64,000 nt of DNA from Candidatus Ozemobacteraceae bacterium (lineage in GTDB: Bacteria; Muiribacteriota; Ozemobacteria; Ozemobacterales; Ozemobacteraceae): positions 4,960,001 to 5,024,000 of the forward strand of contig OZ223236.1 of assembly GCA_965140445.1 (NCBI GenBank), read 5' to 3'. The first letter of the stretch is position 1. Every line of letters starts with the position of its first letter. The notes under the pieces were generated by a model. That model worked only from the letters and a program-made list of their open reading frames with translations. It made no database searches and was not told the DNA's origin. Below are positions 28,466 through 38,425 of this stretch, piece by piece. Made by a program: the position numbers and the translations under genes.

Positions 28466-28534
28466 TTGACTTTTTATCGCAATCGAATTAATCTGACTGA
28501 CCAGTCAGTCTAATAAATGACTGACTGGTCAGTT
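28466..28534 (+). promoter_or_regulatory. Promoter plus tandem TetR operators
   Basis: TTGACT-N17-TAATCT, followed by GACTGAC-CA-GTCAGTC (28495-28510) and GACTGAC-TG-GTCAGTT (28519-28534). Confidence 0.75.
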
Positions 28535-28556
28535 TTATTTTTCACGGGGAGCCTTC

Positions 28557-29135
28557 TTGAGCAAACAAATTCTGGATAAAAAAAGCAAAATTCTTCAAGC
28601 AGCCACAAAGCTGTTCTCAAACTTAAATTTTCATGATATTACCCTGGACCAGATAGCTGGAGAAGCAGAAGTCGGCAAAGGTACCATTTACAATTACTTT
28701 AAAAATAAAAATGAACTCTTTTGCCAATGTATATTGCATGACTTCGAAATATTTGAAGCAAAAAGCCTAAAAATAATTGAGTCAGAATCCAAATTTGAAC
28801 AAAAACTACTTGGGTTAGCAGAATTGCAAAGCGAAGCCTTTGAAAAAAAAGGACCGCTTATTCAGAAATTATTTCAAATGGGCCCCAAATTTGAAATGAC
28901 CAGCGATGAATTTTCTAACTTTTTTTCATTTCTGGAAAAAGAGATTAACAGAAACTCCATCCTTTTTGAGCAAGGGATAAATGAAGGAGTTCTTTCAGAT
29001 GAATTCACCCCAATTCAGATGGCAATAATGTTTCATAAAGCCTTTGACATAAATATTTTATTTAAAACCTTTGGGCAGAAAAAGGTTGTTGGGCGAGAAG
29101 TTGCACATTATTTCATGAAAATGCTGAAAAAGTAG
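28557..29135 (+). CDS. TetR/AcrR-family regulator
   Basis: ILQAATKLF...ITLDQIAGEAEVGKGTIYNYFKNKNELF. Confidence 0.92.
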   Translation: MSKQILDKKSKILQAATKLFSNLNFHDITLDQIAGEAEVGKGTIYNYFKNKNELFCQCILHDFEIFEAKSLKIIESESKFEQKLLGLAELQSEAFEKKGPLIQKLFQMGPKFEMTSDEFSNFFSFLEKEINRNSILFEQGINEGVLSDEFTPIQMAIMFHKAFDINILFKTFGQKKVVGREVAHYFMKMLKK

Positions 29136-29145
29136 AGATCAATCA

Positions 29146-30543
29146 ATGAAAAAGCCTAATACCAAAATAACAAGCCTGTTTCTTTGCCTTTTAGCTATTT
29201 TTGCATGCACTACTGGATATGGAGAAGTTATATTTCAAGCACTGGACAAAAACCTTAAACCACTTGAAACAGCTTCCTTAAGCTATGACCTGTCAGATTT
29301 TTCAATGCAGGATGCTATTAATATTGCCTTGAAACAAAACAGATCAATTATTTCATCAAGAGAAGATGTTCGAAAAGCTAATGGACAAGTTAAACAAGCC
29401 AGATCAATAGCGGGCACGAAGGTGTCAGGGAATTTCTTACAAACACGGCTTGATGATGTTGCAACAGCTAATTTAGGCGGACAAACTCTTGAGTTAGGAA
29501 AAAAGGATGTGCAGAAAGCATATCTTGAGTTGTCTCAACCGCTATTTCTGGGAACAAGAGATCAAGCTGCAATAAAAACAGCTAGATTAGGTCGGTCGAT
29601 AAGCAATTCTGCGTTTATTTTTACTCAACAACAAACCATAGCTAATACAATCCTTCTTTATCTTGGATGGGTTTATGCCAAAGAAGTTGAACGGGTTTCG
29701 GAAAAAGACCTTGAACTTGCTCAAGCTCACTTTTCACTCGTCGAGAAAAGATACAACAATAAACTAGCCTCTAAATATGAACTTCTTCGCGCAGAAGTCA
29801 GGCTAACTCAAACTAAAAGTAAACTTGCACAGGACAAAAACAATACTCTTCTCAACTGTTCTGAGCTTTTAACATTACTGGGCCTACCTATTAACCAACA
29901 ATTAGAAACCAATTATCGCCTGGAAATTGAAAAAATCGACTTAGCAAACGAAATAGGCTCAGAAGCATTTCAACTAAAAGAAGATCTAAAAGTAAAAAAA
30001 CTGCAGGCTGAAATTGCCAAACAAAGCGTGAAATCGGCTCGAGGTGAGAAGCATCCAACAGTGAATTTATTTGGACAGTTTGGATCAGAAAATCCTTCAT
30101 CAAAATCCGGCTTTGGACAACTTGAAAGAAAAAGTTATTGGAATGCAGGAGTAGCAATTAATTTTAAACTTATTGATGCAGGCAACACCCGAGGAAAAAT
30201 TATGGAATCCAAAGCTGCATTGAATAAAGCGAAAAATGAGTATGAACAAGCTATTGAGCAGACAAAGCTCGAAATCCATCAGGCAATTTTAAATTTGAAA
30301 ACCGCCCAGGAAATAGTTTCCTCACAAAAAGAAAATCTCAAACAAGCTGAAGAAACCATGCGGTTGGCGAAAGTTCGTTATGAAAACGGAATGTTTACGC
30401 AAGTTGAAATGTTTGACGCAGAAAATGCATATCTAAATGCAAATCTGGCTTACCTGCAAGCTGTATTTATGCATCATCAGGCGCGCATTTCATACCTTCT
30501 TTCAACAGGTAAACTGGGACGAGAATTTAACCTCGGAATCTAA
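29146..30543 (+). CDS. TolC-family outer membrane efflux protein
   Basis: Signal peptide, AINIALKQN, helical repeats, RYENGMFTQVE, LLSTG. Located in an RND operon. Confidence 0.88.
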   Translation: MKKPNTKITSLFLCLLAIFACTTGYGEVIFQALDKNLKPLETASLSYDLSDFSMQDAINIALKQNRSIISSREDVRKANGQVKQARSIAGTKVSGNFLQTRLDDVATANLGGQTLELGKKDVQKAYLELSQPLFLGTRDQAAIKTARLGRSISNSAFIFTQQQTIANTILLYLGWVYAKEVERVSEKDLELAQAHFSLVEKRYNNKLASKYELLRAEVRLTQTKSKLAQDKNNTLLNCSELLTLLGLPINQQLETNYRLEIEKIDLANEIGSEAFQLKEDLKVKKLQAEIAKQSVKSARGEKHPTVNLFGQFGSENPSSKSGFGQLERKSYWNAGVAINFKLIDAGNTRGKIMESKAALNKAKNEYEQAIEQTKLEIHQAILNLKTAQEIVSSQKENLKQAEETMRLAKVRYENGMFTQVEMFDAENAYLNANLAYLQAVFMHHQARISYLLSTGKLGREFNLGI

Positions 30544-30553
30544 GGATAATAAA

Positions 30554-31804
30554 ATGAAGAAATTTTCATCAATATTAAATATCGCATTCTTTTTTACATT
30601 ACTCTTTTCCACGGCAATACATGCCCAGAACAATATTTCCGCGGGAACACCAGTCGTTGCACAAAGGGTTACAACCGGCAAAATTAGTTCACAGATTCTA
30701 ACTTCTGGAGATGTTTTACCTATGCAGGGAGTAGACCTTCACCCTGAAACCTCCGGATTAATTATAGATATAAAAGTAAGCGAAGGCTCAAAAGTAAAAA
30801 AGGGAGATACTCTGGCAATCATCGATCATGCGGTACAGCAAGCTGGTTATATTCAAGCTGAAGCGGCAGTAGAAGTTGCTAAAGCTGGCGTTGAAATGGA
30901 AAAAGTAATGATCCAGTCTTCCTTATCGAGACTCACTTCTGCAAAAGCGCAGAAAGCTTCCATCGTCGCGCAAATGAAGAATCTGCGAACAACAAAGGAA
31001 CGAATGGAGCAATTGTTTAAAGAAGGAGCTATTTCGAGACAACAGCTTGACGATGTAATCGCTAATCATGATGCGACTGAAGCTCAGCTTGTTGCGGCAG
31101 AGGCTGCAATACAGCAGGCGAATGACGCGGTCCTTTCCTCGAAAATGACAAAAAAAATGAAAGAAGCCCAACTGATTCAAGCTTCTGCCAACCTAAATTC
31201 TGCAAAAGTAATTCTTGAAAACGCATATATCATTGCGCCATTTGATGGAATAATCACACGAAGAGATGCCGACCCCGGCGCAATGGCTAATCCAGCAAAA
31301 CCGATTTTACGCCTGGAGCAAATGAATCCTGTCAAAATACTCGGTTCTCTAATTGAAAAAGATCTGCACATGATTAACCCGGAGAAAACCGTTGCCATTG
31401 TTTCTCTAGACACAATAGAAAAGGACTTCAAAAGTAAAGTTAAGAAAATTTATCCATCAATAAACAGCGTTTCCAGAACTGGAAAGCTTGAAATACAATT
31501 AGACAACCCTGATCTTCAACTGCGCTCAGGCATGTTTGCGCACATAAAACTTCTCATTGAAACAAAAAGCAACGTTGTTATTGTTCCCAGAGATTCATTG
31601 ATGAGCTACAAATCAAACTTATACGCTTTTAAAGTAGAAAACGGAAAAGCCAGAAAAGTCATGGTTAAAACCGGGCTTGTTCAAGGTTCGATTATCGAAA
31701 TAACCGCTGGTCTAAAAGCTGGTGACATAATAATAAGCGAAGGACTGGAGTTTATTAGAGAAGGAAGCCAGGTAAAAGTAATTCTGGAGGAAGACGGAAA
31801 ATGA
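30554..31804 (+). CDS. RND periplasmic adaptor subunit
   Basis: VSEGSKVKKGD, IIAPFDGII, LRSGMFA, GLKAGD. Start set at ATG 30554, after the TolC stop. Confidence 0.9.
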   Translation: MKKFSSILNIAFFFTLLFSTAIHAQNNISAGTPVVAQRVTTGKISSQILTSGDVLPMQGVDLHPETSGLIIDIKVSEGSKVKKGDTLAIIDHAVQQAGYIQAEAAVEVAKAGVEMEKVMIQSSLSRLTSAKAQKASIVAQMKNLRTTKERMEQLFKEGAISRQQLDDVIANHDATEAQLVAAEAAIQQANDAVLSSKMTKKMKEAQLIQASANLNSAKVILENAYIIAPFDGIITRRDADPGAMANPAKPILRLEQMNPVKILGSLIEKDLHMINPEKTVAIVSLDTIEKDFKSKVKKIYPSINSVSRTGKLEIQLDNPDLQLRSGMFAHIKLLIETKSNVVIVPRDSLMSYKSNLYAFKVENGKARKVMVKTGLVQGSIIEITAGLKAGDIIISEGLEFIREGSQVKVILEEDGK

Positions 31805-34800
31805 AGCTTTCAGAATTCGGAGTTAAATGGCCGGTAACCACGACAATGATCTTTTTGGCCATTGTAATTGTCGGGGCTTTTGCATATACCCAGGTTGGGA
31901 TAGATCTGATGCCGGACTTTGAAGTTCCGGCCATAACTATCATCACTACATATGATGGAGCAGGCCCGCAGGAAGTCGAGTCCCGTATAACCGAAAGAAT
32001 TGAGGAGCAGGTATCAACAGTCCAAAATGTGGATGAGATTACTTCAATGTCTTTTGAAGGAATGTCTATGGTTACAGTTAAATTTGACTGGAATATAGAT
32101 CTGGCAGAAGCAACCAATGATGTTCGTGACAAACTTGACCTTGTAGCTAAACGCCTCCCAGAAAAAGCCGAGACCCCAATGATTTTTAAATTCAACACCT
32201 CTATGATTCCGGTAGTAATGCTCGGCGTTTCTGCAGATGAAAATTGGGAAAAACTGGACAAAATTGTTGATAAAAAAATCATTGATCCATTAAAAAGGGT
32301 TCCAGGAGTAGCGACTGCGATCTCTCAAGGTGGAAGCAAAAGAGGCATTCTATGCCAGATAGACAGAGAAAGACTAAAAGCAACCGGACTAACCGGCAAT
32401 GCAATTGTTAATATTTTAAGGAGTCAAAATCTAAACAACCCCGGCGGACACATCCGAAGCGGTAACTTTGACTATCTTGTTCGTACCCCGGAAGAATTTT
32501 CGAACGTCTCGGAAATTGGTTCTGTAGTTGTCTCAAACAAATCCGGAATAGTAAGATTGCAAGACGTAGCAGAAATTGTAGATGGTTTTCTTGAAAAAAC
32601 CAGTGAGTTTTTAATGAATGGCAAGCCCGCCATGGGAATTATGGTTCAAAAGCAATCAGGAGCTAACTCTGTGACGGTTTCCAGAGCTATTCTTGAAGAG
32701 ATTCCAAAAATTCAGGCCAAACTTCCATCAGACGTTAAAATACATTTGTTTTTTGATACTGCAGATTTTATCCGTCACACCATCGCCAACCTTAAAAATG
32801 CAGTAACAGTAGGAGGGATAGCTGTCTTTTGTGTTATTTTCTTTTTTTTAAGAGATATCAGAGCCAGTCTAATCGTCTGCACGACAATTCCAACATCTCT
32901 TATAATTACTTTCCTTCTTATGTATATTGCAGGCTACACAATCAATCAAATTTCTTTATCCAGCCTGGCAATTGGAATAGGGATGGTAGTAGACAACTCC
33001 ATTGTAATAATGGACAACATAAAGCGCTATTTAGATCGCTCAGTGTCCAGCAAAGAAAGCGCTATATGGGGTGCTGCAGAAATGGCGAAGGCTGTAATTG
33101 CCTCTACGACCACAACAATTGCGATATTCCTTCCCATAATATTTACTTCGGGAATTACCCAGATAATGTTTGGACAGCTAGCATCAATCGTTAGCATGGC
33201 GCTGATAGCGTCTCTTTTCTCCGCATTAATGTTGTCACCAATGCTCTGCTCAAAATTTTTAAAACCTGCCTCGCAAGATAGTCATGGAAATCCAATTGTT
33301 AAACATAGTGCTTTTTTTAATAAGCTTGAAAACTTCTACGGCAGCCTTTTAGGAATGGTATTGGCCAATCGTGCAACAGTGCTGGGCATACTTTTTATCT
33401 TGTTTATTGGCTCCCTTGGGGCAATTAAGCTTGTGGGAACTGATTTCATTCCAGAGCAGGATCAGGGGCGCCTGGTCATAAATGTAGAGTTACCTACGGG
33501 CTCCAGATATGAAGAAACTGGCAAAGTAATTGATAAAATACAAGCCCTTATTAAAAACAATGTGCCAGAATTCAAATCTATGGTTGCGCGCTACGGAGTA
33601 AGTGAAGACAGCATGGCGGCGGTCATACTGGGCAATAAAGAGGGATCGCATACTGGACAAATAGAGCTGATGCTTGTCTCCAAAGCACAACGAAAACGTG
33701 GAATCCGCTCCATAATTGAGGCATTGCGACCAGAGTTGGAAAAAATCCCTGGGGCAATTGTCAGATTTGATACAAGTGACCCTCTTGGAAACATGATGGG
33801 GGGAGGTTCGGGAGGCTTTTCACTTAACATATACGGACATGACCTGGAAAAAGGAATAGAATACGCAAACACTCTAGTTGAAGCACTTAGAAAGGTGAAA
33901 GGTCTTAAGGATATTGAAACAAGCCAGCAGCTTGCCCAACCGGAGCTGCAGGTTATTGTTGATAGAGAAAAAGCTTCAAATTTTGGCCTAAATGTTACTG
34001 ATATCGGCAAAACAATTGAGCTTTATTTTAATGGGGATAACACTGTCAAATACCGAGAAGGTGGAGATGAATACGATGTGGAAGTTCGTTTTCGAGAATC
34101 AGACCGCGTTAAACTGAGCGATCTATCTCAGGTTCCAATTTCAACTCCAATGGGCTATAACGTAAATTTGAGTAACGTTGCAGATATAGTTCAAAATTTT
34201 GGGCCAACACGAATAGAACGCAACGAGCAGCAAAGATATATCCAGATCACAGGGCAGGTCTATGGCAGAGGTTCAGGAGAAGTTTCGGCAGACGCTGAGG
34301 TCGTTGTCAATTCGATTCCAGTTCCACCAGGCTTTCATTGGAAGTTTTCTGGAAATGAGCAAGAGCGACGTGAATCGTTTCTCCTGATGCTTCAAGCCGC
34401 CGGGCTTGGAATGATATTGGTTTACATGGTAATGGCTTCACAGTTTGAATCATTTCTTGCGCCTTTTATAATCTTTTTCAGCATCCCATTTGGTTTTATG
34501 GGCGCAATTTTGATACTTGCCTTTACTGGTTTTAGAATATCTATCGTATCTTTGTTGGGCTTCATTATTCTTATAGGAATTGTGGTTAATAACGGCATTG
34601 TTCTGGTTAGTTACATAAATATTCTGATTCAGAGGAATTATAAGCTTAAAAATGCTCTTGTAGAGGCTGGAAAAAGCCGACTAAGACCAGTTCTATCAAC
34701 CACTCTAACCACAATGCTAGGAATGCTGCCAATGGCACTGTCATCAGGCGAAGGATCGGAGATCTGGGTACCCCTGGCATTGAGTGTAATTGGAGGTTTG

Positions 34801-34890
34801 GCTGTTTCAACTGTTATGACACTAGTTTTAATGCCTATTCTATACAGCTTTTTCAGTCGAAGACTGGTCAAAGAGCTTCAGGAATCATAA
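31801..34890 (+). CDS. AcrB-like (HAE1) RND permease
   Basis: YDGAGPQEVE, GMVVDNSIV, GIVVNNGIVL, SRLRPVL. ATGA overlap with the adaptor gene. Confidence 0.93.
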   Translation: MKLSEFGVKWPVTTTMIFLAIVIVGAFAYTQVGIDLMPDFEVPAITIITTYDGAGPQEVESRITERIEEQVSTVQNVDEITSMSFEGMSMVTVKFDWNIDLAEATNDVRDKLDLVAKRLPEKAETPMIFKFNTSMIPVVMLGVSADENWEKLDKIVDKKIIDPLKRVPGVATAISQGGSKRGILCQIDRERLKATGLTGNAIVNILRSQNLNNPGGHIRSGNFDYLVRTPEEFSNVSEIGSVVVSNKSGIVRLQDVAEIVDGFLEKTSEFLMNGKPAMGIMVQKQSGANSVTVSRAILEEIPKIQAKLPSDVKIHLFFDTADFIRHTIANLKNAVTVGGIAVFCVIFFFLRDIRASLIVCTTIPTSLIITFLLMYIAGYTINQISLSSLAIGIGMVVDNSIVIMDNIKRYLDRSVSSKESAIWGAAEMAKAVIASTTTTIAIFLPIIFTSGITQIMFGQLASIVSMALIASLFSALMLSPMLCSKFLKPASQDSHGNPIVKHSAFFNKLENFYGSLLGMVLANRATVLGILFILFIGSLGAIKLVGTDFIPEQDQGRLVINVELPTGSRYEETGKVIDKIQALIKNNVPEFKSMVARYGVSEDSMAAVILGNKEGSHTGQIELMLVSKAQRKRGIRSIIEALRPELEKIPGAIVRFDTSDPLGNMMGGGSGGFSLNIYGHDLEKGIEYANTLVEALRKVKGLKDIETSQQLAQPELQVIVDREKASNFGLNVTDIGKTIELYFNGDNTVKYREGGDEYDVEVRFRESDRVKLSDLSQVPISTPMGYNVNLSNVADIVQNFGPTRIERNEQQRYIQITGQVYGRGSGEVSADAEVVVNSIPVPPGFHWKFSGNEQERRESFLLMLQAAGLGMILVYMVMASQFESFLAPFIIFFSIPFGFMGAILILAFTGFRISIVSLLGFIILIGIVVNNGIVLVSYINILIQRNYKLKNALVEAGKSRLRPVLSTTLTTMLGMLPMALSSGEGSEIWVPLALSVIGGLAVSTVMTLVLMPILYSFFSRRLVKELQES

Positions 34891-34900
34891 GGAGTACAAA

Positions 34901-35191
34901 ATGGAACTTTTAATGATAATTTGCAGCTCAACCTTACGCGAAGACCTGCATAGACTAATGAAAGATAATGAAATTCAATATTTTACCCAGATCCCAGAAG
35001 TTTACGGCTCTGGAAAAGGCGGCGGGACTAAGTTAAACACTGATGTGTGGCCAGGAATAAACATGATCTACTTTATTACAACAGATTCAGACAAAGTTAG
35101 AGTTTTAAAGGAGTGGGCGAAAAAATACAAAGAAGCCGGAGTTCGAGAAGGTTTAAAGATATTTTCACTACAAATGAATGAGGTAATTTGA
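34901..35191 (+). CDS. Small PII-like transporter-associated protein (PG0541-like)
   Basis: 96 aa, YFTQIPEVYGSGKGG...DVWPGIN, directly after the RND permease. Confidence 0.65.
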   Translation: MELLMIICSSTLREDLHRLMKDNEIQYFTQIPEVYGSGKGGGTKLNTDVWPGINMIYFITTDSDKVRVLKEWAKKYKEAGVREGLKIFSLQMNEVI

Positions 35192-35303
35192 TTTTAGCAG
35201 AACTGGCGTTCAGCCTATGATCGCCAGTTCTATTATTATCTTTATCAGCTGTATTGATTCATGATATAATCCAGCACTTAATTTAATACAAAGAAGCACC
35301 AAA

Positions 35304-36689
35304 ATGCACCACACAAAAGAACTCGAAAACGCACCCATCGGCAAGCTTCTAATAAAGCTTTCCATGCCCGCCATAGCTGGAACGGTTATTACCTCACTAT
35401 ACAACATTACGGATAGAATATTCCTTGGACGATTTGTTGGTGAGCATGGGATTGCAGCTACTACGGTCTCATTTCCATTAATGCTCATCATGATGGCGTT
35501 TGGCATGTTAATAGCCTTTGGAACCAATTCACAGATCTCTATTAGACTGGGTGAAAAAAAATACGAAGAAGCAGAAAAGCTACTAGGACAAGGAATTCTG
35601 CTATTTCTTGCTTTTTCTGTAGTGTTTACCGGAGCTTCTCTTTTCTTTCTTAAAGACCTTTTGAGATTTTTTGGTGCAAGCCCTTCCATAATGCCTCATG
35701 CAACGGAGTATTTATCTATTGTGCTTATAGGAACTCTCCCTCATGAAATATCATTCGGAGTAAATAGCTTTATCCGAGGAGAGGGAAACTCCAAAACTGC
35801 CATGTATACCATGGTTATTGGCGGAGTATTGAACATTATTCTCGACTACCTTTTTATCGTAAAATTTGGTTGGGGAATGAAAGGCGCAGCATGGGCAACA
35901 GTAATTGGTTACAGCGTCTCGGCATTCTGGGTTTTGCAATATTACTGGAGTGGCAAAAGCACGGTTAAACTTAAACTTGCGAATTTAAGTTATAAATGGA
36001 ATTCAGTTAAAACCGTTCTACAAATGGGTTCACCCCATTTTATTATGAATCTTATTTCAAGCGTGCAATTCTCACTTTTCAACAACCAGTTGGGAAAGTT
36101 TGGTGGCGATCAGGCTATTTCAGTTATGGGTGTTATAATGAGCTTCAATATGCTGTGGCTCATGCCAATCATTGGAATATCCCAGGGATTACAGCCAATT
36201 GCAGGATATAATCATGGTGCGGGAAAGCCGGATAGAGTAAAAAGTTCATTGCTAATGGCAATTGGTGTAGCAACAGTATTTTGCCTTTTCTTTTATGCAT
36301 TTGTTTATGCATATCCGGAGCTAATTTTTTCAGTATTTGTAAAAGATGGAGCAAAAGACTTCCTGGCAATGGGCTCAAATGCGATAAAAAACTTTCTTCT
36401 TGTTCTTCCAATCGTTGGTTATCTGGTTATTGGCGGGAACTACTTTCAGTTTATTGGACGACCAAAAGTCAGCTTAACTTTGACCATCTTCAGACAAGTG
36501 GTTTGTTTAATTCCTGCCATTATATTTCTGCCTCAAATATGGGGGTTAAATGGAATTTGGCGGGCAATGCCAGCATCTGACATCGGTGCAATGGCTATGA
36601 CCAGTTTTTTCTTTTTTCGAGAGCTTAAAAGGCTGAATTCTGAAATATTAAAAAAAGATGCCCCAAATGACGTAAAGCAAAATCATTAA
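35304..36689 (+). CDS. MATE efflux transporter (MepA-like)
   Basis: LYNITDRIF, IRGEGNSK, LNIILDYLFI, GAAWATVI, QPIAGYNHGA. Confidence 0.92.
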   Translation: MHHTKELENAPIGKLLIKLSMPAIAGTVITSLYNITDRIFLGRFVGEHGIAATTVSFPLMLIMMAFGMLIAFGTNSQISIRLGEKKYEEAEKLLGQGILLFLAFSVVFTGASLFFLKDLLRFFGASPSIMPHATEYLSIVLIGTLPHEISFGVNSFIRGEGNSKTAMYTMVIGGVLNIILDYLFIVKFGWGMKGAAWATVIGYSVSAFWVLQYYWSGKSTVKLKLANLSYKWNSVKTVLQMGSPHFIMNLISSVQFSLFNNQLGKFGGDQAISVMGVIMSFNMLWLMPIIGISQGLQPIAGYNHGAGKPDRVKSSLLMAIGVATVFCLFFYAFVYAYPELIFSVFVKDGAKDFLAMGSNAIKNFLLVLPIVGYLVIGGNYFQFIGRPKVSLTLTIFRQVVCLIPAIIFLPQIWGLNGIWRAMPASDIGAMAMTSFFFFRELKRLNSEILKKDAPNDVKQNH

Positions 36690-37499
36690 TGTTGAGCCTA
36701 AAACAACAATATTGTGAGCTATAGAAGACCTTAATTTATCATTCTTCAATTCAATGAAGCTAACTCCTGAATAAACAGCATAAGCCAGTCCTACAGCGAA
36801 AGGAACCTGAAAAAGCACAAATCCCCGACCTGGATTCGCAATAAAGTGAATCCCGGCAGAGATTATTACCCCGGCAAAAAACACTCCAAGACCAGTCATA
36901 ATTCCATGCTTACAATTCTGAATCATAATCGCCTTTGTATCAGGTGATCTTTCTGCAAAATCCAGAGCCTGGGAAGCTAAGGTACCAGTTATTTTTGATT
37001 TCATTAATGATTGAAGAACCCTTGCACGTTTTGCCTTTTTCTTCTTTTCGTCAAATTCACTCATATACCCAGCCACCATTTCAAAAAGCATCTGTAAACC
37101 TTGCTCACCAAGAGCATCTCTCATAAATCGCTTTGTTGCGACTGGTAAATCTTCTTTGCGAATATTAACCTGGCTTTTTTGGGAAGACTGGGACTTGCTT
37201 GTCAATGGAGCTCTTGCCACAGATGGAGCTGGTCTTTGAGTTGTCTGATTCTCAGGATTTATGGCAGTAGCGGGAGCACTATCCTGTAAGCTTTCTTTTT
37301 TTTCACTGCCCACTGCTGGGAAATCAGAAGAAGCGCCATGCTTTGAGCCAACTCCAAGAATCTTGTATGTAGGTTGTTTTTCCTGCTCTATACCGGTCTT
37401 ATTGAGAGTGCCACAGGAAACACATTTAATCATAGGCTGCTCATATCCCTGTGGAATAGAGATTTCAGCAGCGCATTGTTCGCAAATTATTCCAGCCAT
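36648..37499 (-). CDS. Zinc-ribbon membrane protein of unknown function
   Basis: CEQC...CVSC, low-complexity linker, three C-terminal TM helices. Confidence 0.65.
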   Translation of the reverse strand: MAGIICEQCAAEISIPQGYEQPMIKCVSCGTLNKTGIEQEKQPTYKILGVGSKHGASSDFPAVGSEKKESLQDSAPATAINPENQTTQRPAPSVARAPLTSKSQSSQKSQVNIRKEDLPVATKRFMRDALGEQGLQMLFEMVAGYMSEFDEKKKKAKRARVLQSLMKSKITGTLASQALDFAERSPDTKAIMIQNCKHGIMTGLGVFFAGVIISAGIHFIANPGRGFVLFQVPFAVGLAYAVYSGVSFIELKNDKLRSSIAHNIVVLGSTLMILLYVIWGIFF

Positions 37500-37560
37500 A
37501 AAAGACTCCTCTTATCAAACTATTATAACTCAAATTTTGTTAACTGGAAATTTCATTAAC

Positions 37561-37589
37561 TTGACCCACAACATTGAGGCTATTAAGAT
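37561..37589 (+). promoter_or_regulatory. Putative sigma70 promoter of tlyA
   Basis: TTGACC-N17-TAAGAT. Confidence 0.5.
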
Positions 37590-37616
37590 GTAACAAATTC
37601 TGGCTTTTGGTGCAAA

Positions 37617-38414
37617 ATGGCAAAAAAAGAACGACTTGATAAATTAGTAGTTGAACAGGGTCTGGCGGTAGATATAGATCGCGCCAGACGATTAATTCTT
37701 GCAGGAGAAATAAGAACTGGTGACAGGCTTTGGGATAAAGCCGGAGAAAAAATTCCTGTAGAAACCATCCTTGAGCTTAAGCAAAAGGTTTGTCAATTTG
37801 TCTCAAAAGGTGGATTGAAGCTGGAAAGGGCAATCCAGGAATTTGGAATTGACGTAAAAAACTGTCGATGCATAGATATTGGAGCTTCCACAGGCGGTTT
37901 TACTCATGTCCTGTTACTTTCGGGTGCAAAAGAAGTTGTTGCTGTTGATGTTGGTTACGGGCTGCTTGATCAAAAATTATGCAACAATGATAAAGTAATA
38001 GTTTTTGATCGTACCAACTTTAAAAATACGTCTTCCGATCATTTTGGCGCCCCTTTTGACATTGCTGTTGCCGACGTTTCATTCATCTCATTGCGTTCAA
38101 TAATCCCCCATGCATCCACGATGCTAACTGAGACTGGCTTTTTTGTGGGTTTGATAAAACCTCAATTTGAAGCAAAAAAAGATCAGGTCCCTGAAGGCGG
38201 AGTTATAAAAAATCCTGAAATACAGATAGAAGTAATAGAGAAACTTTCAAATGACATCGCTGAGCAATGCGACCTCAGACTGACCAAATTGGCCCCAGTT
38301 CCTTTAATAAGCAGGAAAAAGAATATTGAGTTTGTATCAATGTGGGAAAAAAATTCAAAATCAATTTCAATCGAAAATATAAGAGATATTGTTAATCTGT
38401 CTCACAAACGCTAG
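37617..38414 (+). CDS. tlyA: TlyA-family rRNA 2'-O-methyltransferase
   Basis: S4 domain KERLD, FVSKGGLKL, DIGASTGGFT, DVSFIS, LIKPQFE, NIEF. Confidence 0.93.
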   Translation: MAKKERLDKLVVEQGLAVDIDRARRLILAGEIRTGDRLWDKAGEKIPVETILELKQKVCQFVSKGGLKLERAIQEFGIDVKNCRCIDIGASTGGFTHVLLLSGAKEVVAVDVGYGLLDQKLCNNDKVIVFDRTNFKNTSSDHFGAPFDIAVADVSFISLRSIIPHASTMLTETGFFVGLIKPQFEAKKDQVPEGGVIKNPEIQIEVIEKLSNDIAEQCDLRLTKLAPVPLISRKKNIEFVSMWEKNSKSISIENIRDIVNLSHKR

Positions 38415-38425
38415 TTCCGCTCCAT

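Noticed and set aside
21489..36689. Efflux-rich region as a mobile resistance island
   Set aside because: No integrase, transposase, flanking repeats, tRNA or visible compositional shift.
37617..38414. TlyA as a haemolysin or virulence factor
   Set aside because: The S4 domain plus K-D-K-E methyltransferase tetrad fits the widespread housekeeping rRNA methyltransferase.
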